Assembly (NCBI GenBank): GCA_016906335.1
Contig: JADEYG010000004.1
Location: 1,364,001-1,428,000 of the forward strand
DNA: 64,000 nt
DNA from: Novakomyces olei
Taxonomy: Eukaryota
Reading direction: 5' to 3'
The notes below the pieces were generated by a model. That model was given only the letters and a program-made list of their open reading frames with translations. It was not told the origin of the DNA and ran no database searches. Shown here piece after piece: positions 1 through 11,300 of this stretch. How positions within the stretch are numbered: position 1 is the stretch's first letter; every line of letters begins with the position of its first letter. The translations under genes and the position numbers were made by a program.

Positions 1-738
1 TCGCTAAGGGAACCGTGCAGGAACGAGGGTCGAAGGAGCCTAAAATGGCACCACCACCATTCTTTTCCGGCGAACGCTCGAAAACTGGTGAATTTTTGAC
101 CTGCGTGAGGATGATTATTGGCAGTCAACCAGATCGCTATCGCTCGGCGCGACAGCAAGTGATGTTTGCGGCGTCTTACCTTCGCGGAGCGGCTTTCAGA
201 TGATTTGAGCCTCATGTGAGAAACGAAAATGAAGTTATTCTCGACGATTTTGATTGTTTTTGTGACACGCTCGAGAGGATGTTCGGAGACCGGGACGTCA
301 AACGAACAGCAGAGCGAAGTATCCGTCTCTTGAGACAGAGAGGATCTGTATCTCAGTATGCGACTGAGTTTGAAAGATTGAAATCTTGGCTAACCTGGAA
401 CAATGATGCATTAGTTGCTCAGTTCTACGATGGGTTGAAAGAGAATATCAAAGATGAGTTGTCAAGGAGAGAAATGCCTGAACTTTTGGGCACCTTGATT
501 GATGAATGTGTGAAGATCGATGGCCGTTTGTTCGAGAGAAACAAGGCTAGACAGCGATTTAGTTACAGTGAAAGGGAGTATGCAAGACCTCTGCATTATG
601 GAAGTACACCGATGGAGATTGACAATCTGATGACAAGACGGATTGATGACGAAGAGACAAGCGTTAATTATGACGCTACCAAACGCCGATACTCGCGCCC
701 GCAACAAACTGATACAAGGAACTATGGCGCTAAGTATG
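1..738 (+). pseudogene. gag: Ty3/gypsy gag fragment (paralogue of element A gag), premature stop, truncated by LTR D
   Basis: EPKMAPPPFFSGERSK...FAASYLRGAAFR*FEPHV aligns by eye with the gag at 6078-7088. TGA at 201-203 replaces the conserved Trp. Retrotrans_gag-type QRGSVSQYATEF and FYDGLKENIKDEL, plus PMEID. Confidence 0.85.
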
Positions 739-1161
739 TGTCATGATCCCCGCCTCGCGTGAACCACGACAGCGAACGACGCCTGAAGTCCTGTAGCGCC
801 AAAGGCGATGACTTCAGGCTAGATAGATCTAAATAGCTCGCGCGAGGTAATGTTGGACATTACTCGCGCGAAGCGCGTAAGTGGCCTAGCTCGCGAGCAG
901 GTTGGACCTGGCTCGCGCGAAGCAGGTCCACGTCCATGCCCGCGCGACGTAGGCACGTCGCGGCGCATGACAGTAGTAGTAGCGATCGCGCATCGCTACG
1001 AAGCTAGATAGATCGATCCATAGAGTTCATAGCTCGCCACCGCTTTCCCAATGCGGATGGTCTGGGACCATCGCATTGAGATCGTGGTGGGATGAGGCTT
1101 AGGCCGCGAAGTGGCTAAGCGAGCCGCTAAGCCTCATAGGATAGTCTACATAGTCGCCCAT
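739..1161 (+). mobile_element. Truncated LTR fragment (family D, related to family F LTR)
   Basis: Begins TGTCATGATCC like the F LTR, is GC- and hairpin-rich, interrupts the gag ORF, and is cut at 1161 by the A LTR. Confidence 0.65.
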
Positions 1162-1479
1162 TGTTGTGTTTTTCTTTGTTTGGTTTGGGTACGGCTGTGT
1201 TGCTTTCACGGCAACTGTGGTGGGAAGCCAAATGGAAGGTAATAGTACTTAAAACGGTTTACACGGTCAACACGGTCGATAATCAGCGTCGGATAAAAGT
1301 GTGAACGGGCCTCCTTTTATCCTTGCTGGAACTAACTAACTATAACTAAAAATAGAAACAACTACGGAAAAGACTGTCTAAGCCACAAAGTGGCTAACTA
1401 AAATTCCGGAATTGGAAATAATCCGCAATCGAACGGATTATCTCCGATGAAAACGGAATTATGTCATATTGATATGACA
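1162..1479 (-). repeat. 3' LTR of element A
   Basis: Direct repeat of 7127-7444; one visible difference (GTGTGAAC vs GTGCGAAC). Confidence 0.95.
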
Positions 1480-2519
1480 CTATCCTCCTCTTCCAAAAAC
1501 GTAGACACTGCCGCCTGTGCCTTTTTGTACCAGCCTTGTCTCCTGCTGTCTTCTCCTGCCCAATCACGATATGCCATCAAGCAACGTTCGTGATCTTCCT
1601 TTACCTCGTCTCGAATAGTTGGGAACTGTGTACTAGCCCACGACGATTCCCACTTTGCCACTCGGTATAAAGCCTGGTCTTCGCTAGCAATATAGTAACC
1701 CATCAAGACTGCTTTCTCAAAAGACATCACCGCATGTGGTGTCCCAGACCTTAATCGAAAAATAACTCCCGGCTCTAGTACTCCAATCTTTAACCCTTCG
1801 AGGCTGCGAAGAGCTTCAGGTAATATAAAGTCTCCTGGCCTGCGATGATAGGGCTCCAACTTCTGTAAATTGGCCTCTGAATTGGCCCACGTAAAGACCA
1901 GCTTTCTCCCAAGAATTCCCACAATGACGGTTTCGCACAGAACCGGATCCACGTGAACGTCCGTGATTGTGCCCGACGGTGTGGCAGTCCCGTTCCATCC
2001 AAGTTCATTCAAATAACTTTCCTTCAACAATCCTTGCGCGCGAAGGCCCACTGACGATAAACCGTATTCGCTGATCGGCCTCAAATTGTAGGCTGCGTAT
2101 CTCGTAGTCCCCGGCTGGACGAATGATGCGAGGACCTGGGCGATTCGTATTTCGTCATCATGCACGCGAACCCGTATGTCCATAAACAAAGCTGTCTCAT
2201 CCTCCAAAAGGTCCTCGAAGACATGTGCCCATGTTGGCTTGCAATCGAAAACAAACCTTTCGCTATGGGGCTTGAGCTTTTCGAAATCAACCGATGCGAG
2301 CAGAGTAAAAATGTCTCTCGCCAACTGTTTGTTCGGTCGGTCTTCCTCCTTAAACCACTCTTCGGCCCAGCCAACCAGATCAGGGTCGTGCATCTCCATG
2401 TGACGGTCGCGGTCGTGCTTTCGGGTGTACTGTCGAGTGCACACAACACATTGGAACTTACCGCTGTCCAGCGCGTATCGCTTGCGCTGCCTCCCCTCTT
2501 CAAGAACGTTATTGTTCAT
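1464..2519 (-). CDS. C2H2 zinc finger + JmjC-like Fe(II)/2OG dioxygenase (retrotransposon accessory gene, ~351 aa)
   Basis: FQCVVCTRQYTRKHDRDRHMEMH; TPSGTITDVHVD, GRKLVFTW, LEPGVIFRLRSGTPHAVMSFE match the JmjC layout with HxD...H. The ORF is open from 2696, but the likely start is ATG 2519, downstream of a TATA at ~2577-2586. A homologue lies at 48101-49154. Confidence 0.85.
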   Translation of the reverse strand: MNNNVLEEGRQRKRYALDSGKFQCVVCTRQYTRKHDRDRHMEMHDPDLVGWAEEWFKEEDRPNKQLARDIFTLLASVDFEKLKPHSERFVFDCKPTWAHVFEDLLEDETALFMDIRVRVHDDEIRIAQVLASFVQPGTTRYAAYNLRPISEYGLSSVGLRAQGLLKESYLNELGWNGTATPSGTITDVHVDPVLCETVIVGILGRKLVFTWANSEANLQKLEPYHRRPGDFILPEALRSLEGLKIGVLEPGVIFRLRSGTPHAVMSFEKAVLMGYYIASEDQALYRVAKWESSWASTQFPTIRDEVKEDHERCLMAYRDWAGEDSRRQGWYKKAQAAVSTFLEEEDSVISI

Positions 2520-2770
2520 TGTCCGTAAATTTGCGGATTTGATGTCTAAGTTGCGGATTTGGTGGGGGTAGCCCACATATATATAGACTTCGTTATACTT
2601 GACTTCGACAAGTAATAATTCTTTGACGTTCCATAAAAATAATAATGATAATAATAGTATATACTTAATTATTTTATTAAGTAATAGTCGTAGCATAGAA
2701 TAACAATAAAAGCAATAATATAGATATATCTGATCCGTATCTTAGCGGATTATGTGTTGATATTGCGGAT

Positions 2771-5700
2771 TCAATGTTTTTGGTTATTCCAGTATGCTTT
2801 AACTGCCTCTGTTGCATTTGTCAGGTTTCCAAAAGGTTCCCATGTACGGTCTTGTACTCCATAACCTTTCCAATGCACTAAATATTTGCGGTTTCGGCCT
2901 CTGCCTGTATGATTGCAAATGTAATCGACTTCGTATTCAGTCGTGTCCACTAGAACATCGGGAACGTGTAAATCTGTTGGGTCTCTCTGAAATCGGTCTG
3001 GTAAACATTTTTCCAGTAAAGTTTCATAAATACGTTGTGTATTTTGATATGTTGGGGAAGCTCAATCCTGTAAGCGCTATTTCCTATAGCCTCAATAATT
3101 TTGAAAGGTCCCAGTCTTGTATGATCTAGTTTATCCGATGGTCGCTCGCTGTGTATGTGTCTTCTCTGGATCCACACGTTGTCTCCAGGCACAAATGTAT
3201 TTGCTGCTGTTTTCTTTTTGTCATAATGTAGCTTTGATACTTTATTTGCAGATTGAATGTTGCTTTTGACTCGTTCAAATAATTCGTTCCAGTCTCGTGT
3301 AGTTTGATTTGCTGCTGGATTGTCACTCTGGGAAGTTGTGATCTGTATTCCCTTTGGATGATAACCGTTGCAAATGTAAAACGGTGATAGTCTTGTACTG
3401 CTGTTTGTTGCATTGTTCATTGCGAATTCCGCAAAAGACAATAGCTTGCTCCAATTGTTTTGGTTGTAATTGACATAGGCTCTTAAGTATTGCTCGAGTG
3501 TTTGATTGGTTCTCTCAGTCTGTCCATCTGTTTGTGGGTGGTGACTCGTCGAATGCAATAGCTTAACTCCAAGGTTCTGGTACATGCCTTGCCAAAATTT
3601 GCTCAAAAACTTTGGATCTCTGTCTGATACGATTTCATTTGGTAGTCCGTGGTGTTTAAATACCTTGTCAATGTATAGTCTCGCTACATCCGTTGCTGTG
3701 GATGATTCTTTGCAAGGGATTAAATGACACATTTTAGAAAATCTGTCAACAACCACTAGTATTGAATCAAAACCTTCGGATTCGGGAAGTTTAACGATAA
3801 AATCCATTGAAACAGATTCCCATGGTCTTGACGGTACTTGTAGCGGGTTTAATAATCCTGCAGGTTTCTTCCTCGATTTCTTGCTTCTCCAGCACGTCGC
3901 ACATGATGCTACGTAATCCCTAACATCCTGCGACATATTTTTCCACTTCTTAAAACGCTGTACTAGTTCTAACGTTCGATGTTGTCCAAAATGTCCTGCT
4001 AATGGGTGATCATGGCATGCTCGCAATATTTCCAGCTTCTCGTCCGTATCTATATGTTCGACTGTTGTCATACTTAGATCAAATCTTGCTGGATCGATCA
4101 ACGGCTTATCAATTTGGTATTCCTTCAAGTCAACATTATTAAAATCAACTCTTCTGCTCAACGCGTCTGCTGCTGCGTTTCCTGATCCTTTTCTGTATCG
4201 AATCTTAAATTCATATTCTCCTAATAGTTCCGACCAACGTGCTTGTCTCCTCGATAGTTTCTTTGTCGTAGTAAACGTCTGCAAGTTCCGATGATCAGTA
4301 TATACAATAATTGGCTTTGGATGTCCTTGCAAATAGTGTCTCCATATTCCGAATGCATAGACAATCGCAAGTAACTCTTTATCGTGTATATCATAATTGA
4401 TCTCGGCTGGTTCAAGCTTTCTGCTTATAAAAGCAATCGGTCTCTTTTCGCCTCCTTGTTCTTGTAACAGTACGGCTCCTATAGCGAAATCTGAGGCATC
4501 TGTTTCGACAATGCACTCGAGTTCTGGATCGTAATGCTTTAACGTAACGTCTCTTCGAAAGCTGTCTTTCAATTGTTCAAAAGCCTTCTCTTGGTCTGCT
4601 CCCCAGCTAAATGTATTATCCTTCTTTAATAGACTTGTTATTGGTGTCACAATCTTTGAAAATCCAGGAATGAATCTTCTGTAATAATTGCATAGTCCAA
4701 GAAACGACTGTACGTCCTTGACGTTCTTTGGTGTGGGCCAGTCATTAATAGGCTTGGTCTTGTCCGAGCTCATCGAAACTCCTTCTGTCGATATAATAAA
4801 TCCTAGAAATTCCACTTTTGTCTTGTGAAATTCACATTTGCTTGCCTTTGCGAACAGCTGTCTTGCTCGTAATCGCTTAAACACTTCTCTGGCATGCTGT
4901 ATATGTTCCTCTTTATTTCTCGAGTAAATGAGGATGTCATCCAGATAGACTAAGACATATCTATCCAGGATATCTCGGAATACGTCATTGATAAGGTTTT
5001 GGAAAGTTGCTGGCGCATTAGTGAGTCCAAAAGGCATCACTCTGTATTCAAAATGTCCGTATCTTGTACGAAATGCGGTTTTCCACTCGTCGCCATTTCG
5101 AATACGTATCAGATTGTAAGCGCCTTTCAAATCGATCTTAGTAAATATACGACTTCCACTTAACTTATCGATGAGTCCATCAATTCTCGGAATAGGATAT
5201 CGATTCTTGACTGTAATCGCATTTAGTGCTCTGTAGTCCACGCAGAGTCGTAAGCTCCCGTCCTTCTTTTTCACAAACAATATGGGTGCTCCTGCTGGTG
5301 ACTTCGATTTTCTGATGAATTTCTTATACAAGTTTTCCTCAATATACTTGAGCAACTCTCTCTGCTCGTCTGCAGATATGTTGTAGATAGGTCCAAAAGG
5401 TACCTTCGATCCCTTTTCCAATATTATTTCATGATCATAGCTTCGATGCGGTGGCAATACGTCTGCTCGTCTCTCATCGAATACATCACGATAGTCTTCA
5501 TATTCTGTAGGAATTTGGGGGATTTTTCCAACGTTATCGCTTTCCGGTTTTTCGGGAAAAAATCCGCTCTCTTGCGGCACTTGTGTTTCATCCGCAAAAC
5601 TTGCCTTTAATCCGCTCGTCTGCGTGCAAGTTGCGTCTGCATAATCTTGCTCTGTATTCTGTACTTCAAATGATAATGTACGATTCTTCCAATCAATAAT

Positions 5701-6096
5701 GGGATTGTTCTCTTGCAACCATTGAATACCCAAAATGATGTCTCTCTGGCCAATATCTGCCACATAAAATCTCGTAGGTGTAACACAATTTCCTATCTTC
5801 ATGTCCATAATCTTCGTAGTTCTCGCCACGGGTCCTGATGCCAGGCTTCGGCCATCGACAACCTGTATCACAATTGGTCTCTGAAGTCTTTCTGTCTTTA
5901 GATTCAAATTCAATATTAATCGCGGGTGTATGAAATTTAGGTTCGCTCCTGAATCCACTAAAGCTTTTCGTCTAAGCCCATTTATTTGGACGTCCGTCTC
6001 CAAATGTCTCACTCCAGTATCTCGTCGTCTTTCAGTGGCTTTTAATTCAGCTTGTCCTAGAGAAACCACTTCTTTCTCTAGGCGAAATCTTTTCCC
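2771..6096 (-). CDS. pol: Pol polyprotein of A (PR-RT-RNaseH-integrase-chromodomain), one 1-bp frameshift at ~3027
   Basis: [31 protein letters not shown]. After the frameshift the frame continues ETLLEK...EYEVDYICNH...YLVHWKGYGVQDRTWEP to TGA at 2771. Confidence 0.9.
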
Positions 6097-7088
6097 GAGT
6101 CGTCGCTCAACTCGTTCGTCGTCATTGCAGCTTGACGGCTTACAAACGGAATTCTCTTTTCTTTGCACTCTTTTGCAATATGCCCTTTCTTCTGGCAATT
6201 ATAACACTGTACGTTTCTGTTGTCGTGACTTCTCTCTCTTTCTCTCGCGTCTCTCGCGTCTCTGTAATTCGTCTTGTGCTCTCTGTCATTCGTCTTGTAC
6301 TCTCTTGCGGGTCTGCCTGCTCCTCTGGCACCGGCAACCGCCAAATCAATTTCCATCGGTGCAGTCGTCTGGTTACTTCTGCCCGTAAATCTCGGCTCAT
6401 AATACGTTCTCGGTTCGTAACTTGTTCTCTGTCTCTCTTTACGTCTCTCAAATAGACGATTATCAATACTGATCGTCATCTCGATCATCTCTCGCAAGGT
6501 ACTAGGCTCTGTCGTTCTTGCCAATTCGTCCTTAAGCCTGTCGCTAAGGCCCTCGTAGTACTGCGAAATCAACGCTTCTTCGTTCCAGCTAAAGTTCGCT
6601 CTGAGTCTGTCAAACTCGGCTGCGTACTGAGCAACAGCTCCAGACTGCTTCAGATTGCGAATTTGCTTCTGCGCCTGCTTTCTAATATCTCGATCACCAA
6701 ACATCTGTAGGAATGAATCACAAAACGTCTCAAAATCGTTGAGTATTCCTTCGTTTTCCCCTAGGATGTGAGGCTCAATCCACCTGAACGCGGTTCCTCG
6801 CAAATAGGTTGCTGCAAACGTGACCTTCTGGCGGTCCGATCCGTATCTCGAGGGTAGTGCGTCGGTTATCATTTTCACTTGGGTGATAAATTCACGAGCC
6901 TTAGCTCTCTCGCCAAAAAACAAAGGTGGCGGGGCTAACTTGGGCTCCCGGTTGAACGTCGCATGTCGACTCTCCTGATCGTTTTCCAATTTGACCTTCA
7001 GCATCATGTTCTCATGCTCCAGTAGCTGTAACTTCGCTGTTGTTTCCTCAACAAATTGGTTCAGACGATTCATGTCGACACCTTCCAT
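6078..7088 (-). CDS. gag: Gag of A with CCHC zinc knuckle
   Basis: CYNCQKKGHIAKEC, PMEID, Retrotrans_gag motifs; first ATG after the PBS is at 7088. Confidence 0.9.
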   Translation of the reverse strand: MEGVDMNRLNQFVEETTAKLQLLEHENMMLKVKLENDQESRHATFNREPKLAPPPLFFGERAKAREFITQVKMITDALPSRYGSDRQKVTFAATYLRGTAFRWIEPHILGENEGILNDFETFCDSFLQMFGDRDIRKQAQKQIRNLKQSGAVAQYAAEFDRLRANFSWNEEALISQYYEGLSDRLKDELARTTEPSTLREMIEMTISIDNRLFERRKERQRTSYEPRTYYEPRFTGRSNQTTAPMEIDLAVAGARGAGRPAREYKTNDREHKTNYRDARDARERERSHDNRNVQCYNCQKKGHIAKECKEKRIPFVSRQAAMTTNELSDDSGKDFA

Positions 7089-7126
7089 GACGAACGGCTC
7101 GGCACCACAACGTGGGCTGATTATAC

Positions 7127-7444
7127 TGTTGTGTTTTTCTTTGTTTGGTTTGGGTACGGCTGTGTTGCTTTCACGGCAACTGTGGTGGGAAGCCAAATGG
7201 AAGGTAATAGTACTTAAAACGGTTTACACGGTCAACACGGTCGATAATCAGCGTCGGATAAAAGTGCGAACGGGCCTCCTTTTATCCTTGCTGGAACTAA
7301 CTAACTATAACTAAAAATAGAAACAACTACGGAAAAGACTGTCTAAGCCACAAAGTGGCTAACTAAAATTCCGGAATTGGAAATAATCCGCAATCGAACG
7401 GATTATCTCCGATGAAAACGGAATTATGTCATATTGATATGACA
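7127..7444 (-). repeat. 5' LTR of element A
   Basis: Direct repeat of 1162-1479, followed on the minus strand by a self-complementary PBS. Confidence 0.95.
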
Positions 7445-8328
7445 GATAATATCCGAGGTAAGATCCGAGGATGCGTTCCTTGGTTCGGAAAAAAGAAAGA
7501 TAGAGCAAAGACAAGATAATAGTAATAGTAGAAACTAAATGTCAAAGACAGAAAAATATAGTTAGGACAATAAAAGAAAGGAAACAATATTGAGAAAAGT
7601 CTTCCTTGGAAAAGATCCTTGGAAAGATCCGAAGATATGATCCTAAGTTAGGAACGAAAAGAATAATATTTTTTTTGTTGAAATATAAGATATTGAAAAG
7701 TCTTCCGAGGAAGAGATCCTAGGAAAGTTCCGAGGATAAGTTCCTAGGTTAGGAACGAACAAAAACAAGTAAAAGAAATTAAGTAACGGAACGGAACGAA
7801 ACAGAACAGACGGGTACGAAAATTTTTTTGTGACGGGTTAATATGTGAGGAAAGGGGGAAAGGAGGGAAGAAAGGCGAAGCGAAACGTAGGCGTCTGAAA
7901 GTAAAAGAAAATATATTAGAAAATATATTAGAAAATTAAATAGAGAAATTGAATAGAATAGATTAACCCGTGGGGAGCTGGGCTCACCACGGCGCTATTT
8001 ATAAGCTACGGACGGAGGAGGAAGGCGCAGCACGCTGCGAAGGGGCTGCGCCGGAAACGGAAAGAAGTAAACAAATAAATAGCGCAAAGTAAATAAACGC
8101 GCGGAAGTGTATAGACGAAATAAAAGAGGGGAAAAGGTAAGTAATGAAGAGGGGCTCCTAGGAAGGGATCCTAGGAAGGGATCCTAGGAAGGGATCCTAG
8201 GTAGGGATCCTAGGTAAGGATCCTAGGAAGGGATCCTAGGTAGGGATCCTAGGTGGGGTAAACCCTAACCATAACCCTAAACTATATTTATAACCCTAAC
8301 CCTAACTAACCCTAAGTGGTTCATTACA
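7445..8328 (-). mobile_element. 5' LTR (7844-8328) and 5' UTR of a family C element, truncated by A
   Basis: Reverse complement of 50216-51126; 8 copies of the 13-bp CCTAGGATCCCTW unit and TTAGGG-like motifs. Confidence 0.95.
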
Positions 8329-11300
8329 GAAGACAGGAGGAAATGTTACAGGAATCTCAGACATCGATCTCATCAGTATGTTTCTGGAATCAAACGCATT
8401 AATCTATGCAGAAGAACTTAGAGACAATGACAACTTGACGGCTAACCAAATGCTGGATCATCTGGAACGAAGCATTGTTCCCAACGATTACCTGCCAAAA
8501 GCCTACAGCAGATTTGTTACATTTTCCCAAGGAACGAGAAGCATCAGTCAATATGCTACACAACTTAAGCTCAAGTCAATGGAACTAGAAATAATTAATG
8601 AAGCAATATTGGTTCAACAATTCATTCATGGACTCAATGAGAAGATAAAACCACAAATAATGGGATCTTTGAGAAGCGCATTTGGCAACCAGCCTGGCAA
8701 CAATACTGGGATGACGAAATGGAAATGGCAGAGTGTGGTAGTAGTCGCAACTGGCTATGACTTTACTGCAACAAGACCATACATTGGAAATATCGCTCCA
8801 AAACCAAACAATCAACGAATTGAAGCTAGAACAAGCATGTCAGAGAAAAAGGAGCCAGAGAAACCTTCACTGAGAACGAGATGTACATTTTGTCGCAGAA
8901 CTGGACACACGTATGAACAATGTTTCAAACGAAAGAATGAATCAACCATTAGTGCTCTCAAAGATGACGATGAAATGGATAGCGAAGAAATAAGATTGGA
9001 TTATCAATGCTCTGCTGTTCAAAGCAAAAGCCAATAGTTTCTCGTAAATCTACCAATTGAAGTAAATGGTAAAGAGATCAAATGTCAAGCCCTTATTGAT
9101 ACAGGAAGTGACATTGATGTTATTGATTCAAATTTCTGCAATGTTCACAACCAAAGTATGAAGAGAGTGACCACAAAATTCAAATGGCATTTCAAGGATC
9201 AAAGACAATCAGCAGATATATGGCTAGAATAAAATTCAAAGGAAATGAATTAAATTGTGCAGTAGCCAGACTGCGAACTTCTGATCTCCTAATTGGTATG
9301 GGAACCTTGAGCAAGTTAGGAGCAATAGTCAACACCAGCAGAAGACAGGTCAAATGGCAGATGAACAAAGATACAGAAAGCATTTACGAAGACCAAAGCA
9401 TTCCAGTGGTTAGCTCCATAACAATCGATCCGAAGAAGAAAATTGAGGCCAAATCAATTACAAATGAAAACGCAATTGATTCAGACAAGGTACTGGAACT
9501 CTTACAAGAGAATTTTCCACAAACCTTGATCAAAGAACCTCCAAGCAAGTTACCAATTATGAGACCAGTCGTGGCAACTTATGAACCAATTGATCCAAAC
9601 AAGAAATATAACATCAAAAAATGGTATCCAAGCAAAAAGCTTATGATGCCTTTAAAGATGAAAATTGATGATCTATTACAAGCAAGAATGATATCAATAT
9701 CTACAGAAGAACCTAGTGCAATATTATTCCCAATTCCTAAAGACAAAGAAATGGTGAATAACTTACCAATCCGAATGAGATTAAGAATTATTTACGATTT
9801 GTCAATGATGCTCGACCTCGCAATACAAATATGAAGCGATTTTACATTCAAGTACCGCGAATTGACATAGTTGTTCAGGACATAGCCAGAGCAAAGTATC
9901 GAACAAAATTGATCTAAAGGATGCTTTCTTTCAATCTCGAATACAGCCTGGGCAAGAACATTATACAGCATTCTGGACACCATTTGGTATTTATCAATGG
10001 AATGTGATGCCACAGGGTAATCGAAATTCCACTGCAATACAACAACAACTAATGGAGGAACTATTCAGACCATATATTGGAATATGGATGACCGTTTATG
10101 TTGACGACATAATAATATATGATGACGATGTCCAAGAACATCTGGATCACTTGGTACTTGTATTTTGCATCATGGCCAAATGGGAATTGTATGCCAGTCC
10201 AACAAAGACCTTTCCATTTTGCAGAAGCTTTGTTGTGTTGGGAAGACAAATCAGTGACGAAGGAATCAAAATGACCGACAAGTCAAAAAATTCCATACTA
10301 AAATTACAAGCCCCAAAGAACTTGAAACAAGTACAGAAATTGGTCGGAATGCTTAATTGGGTATCAACTTTTATACCAAATTTATCCTCTCAAATTTCCA
10401 TATTCACAGAAATGAAAGAATTTCATTGGGACGAAACGAAGCAAAAAGGGTTCAATGAAATTAAAAAAGCAGTCGAACAAGACATAGTGCTAAAACCATT
10501 TGAACCAGAACCCCTAAACAATGGTACAGAAAAATTGTTCATACGAATAGATGCTTCGCTAGTCGGAACTGGAGGATGGCTAGGACAAGGAAAAGAGTGG
10601 CAAAGCTGCCGAATAATTGGATTCACTTCTAAGAAATTGGGCACAGCAGAGTCACATTACCCAGTTCACGAGCTGGAATATCTTGCATGCATCAGAGCAT
10701 TAGATCACTTTGAAATATATGCCAGAGGGTATCAAGTAAATTGCTTAACAGACAATAAGGCGCTAAGTCGTCTTCTCTATTCGAAAAACGTTATGTTATC
10801 AAGACGACATCTGAGATGGATGGACTTTTTAAATGAATTTGACATCAACATCATACATGTATCGGGCACGGCCAACGTTTTGGCAGATATATTGTCACGA
10901 TCGCCTCCTAAATCAAATGTGTCCGCAATTAGCATGGAACAAAGTCCTGTCACACATCTGGAAATAAAAGATCTTTACCTAAATGATCCGTATTGGGCTG
11001 AAGTACTAACTTCGCTGAAAAATACTGATACAGCTATTGATTTTAAACGAGCACAAGCAAAGTATTATCTAAAAGATGACCTGATACATCTCAAATTTGA
11101 TAACCGCATTTGTGTGCCTACAGATTTCACTAACACGATAATACGGGAGTTTCATGATACGTACCATGGAGGACATGGGGGAATGAACAAGACAACAGCT
11201 GGAATAGCAAAAACCTACTATTGGCCAGGAATGTCAAAAGAAATCAAGGAATATGTGAAATCATGTGAGACATGTGCCAAAAATAAGATCACTCCTCACA

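Larger units (their letters stand above)
1162..7444 (-). mobile_element. Full-length Ty3/gypsy chromovirus A with ZnF-JmjC cargo gene
   Basis: 318-bp TG...CA LTRs, PPT GGAAGAGGAGGATAG next to the 3' LTR, gag, PR-RT-RH-INT-chromodomain. Flanks CCCAT and GATAA do not match, so there is no TSD. Confidence 0.95.

Noticed and set aside
201-203. TGA read as Trp (alternative genetic code)
   Set aside because: Trp is TGG elsewhere and TGA ends ordinary ORFs; a point mutation is the simpler explanation.
2520-2696. Hydrophobic N-terminal extension (signal peptide or env-like) of the JmjC ORF
   Set aside because: AT-rich promoter sequence containing the TATA; not conserved in the E homologue.
8261-8315. 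True telomere at CCCTAA repeats
   Set aside because: Short, degenerate, and part of the C LTR found four times in the window.
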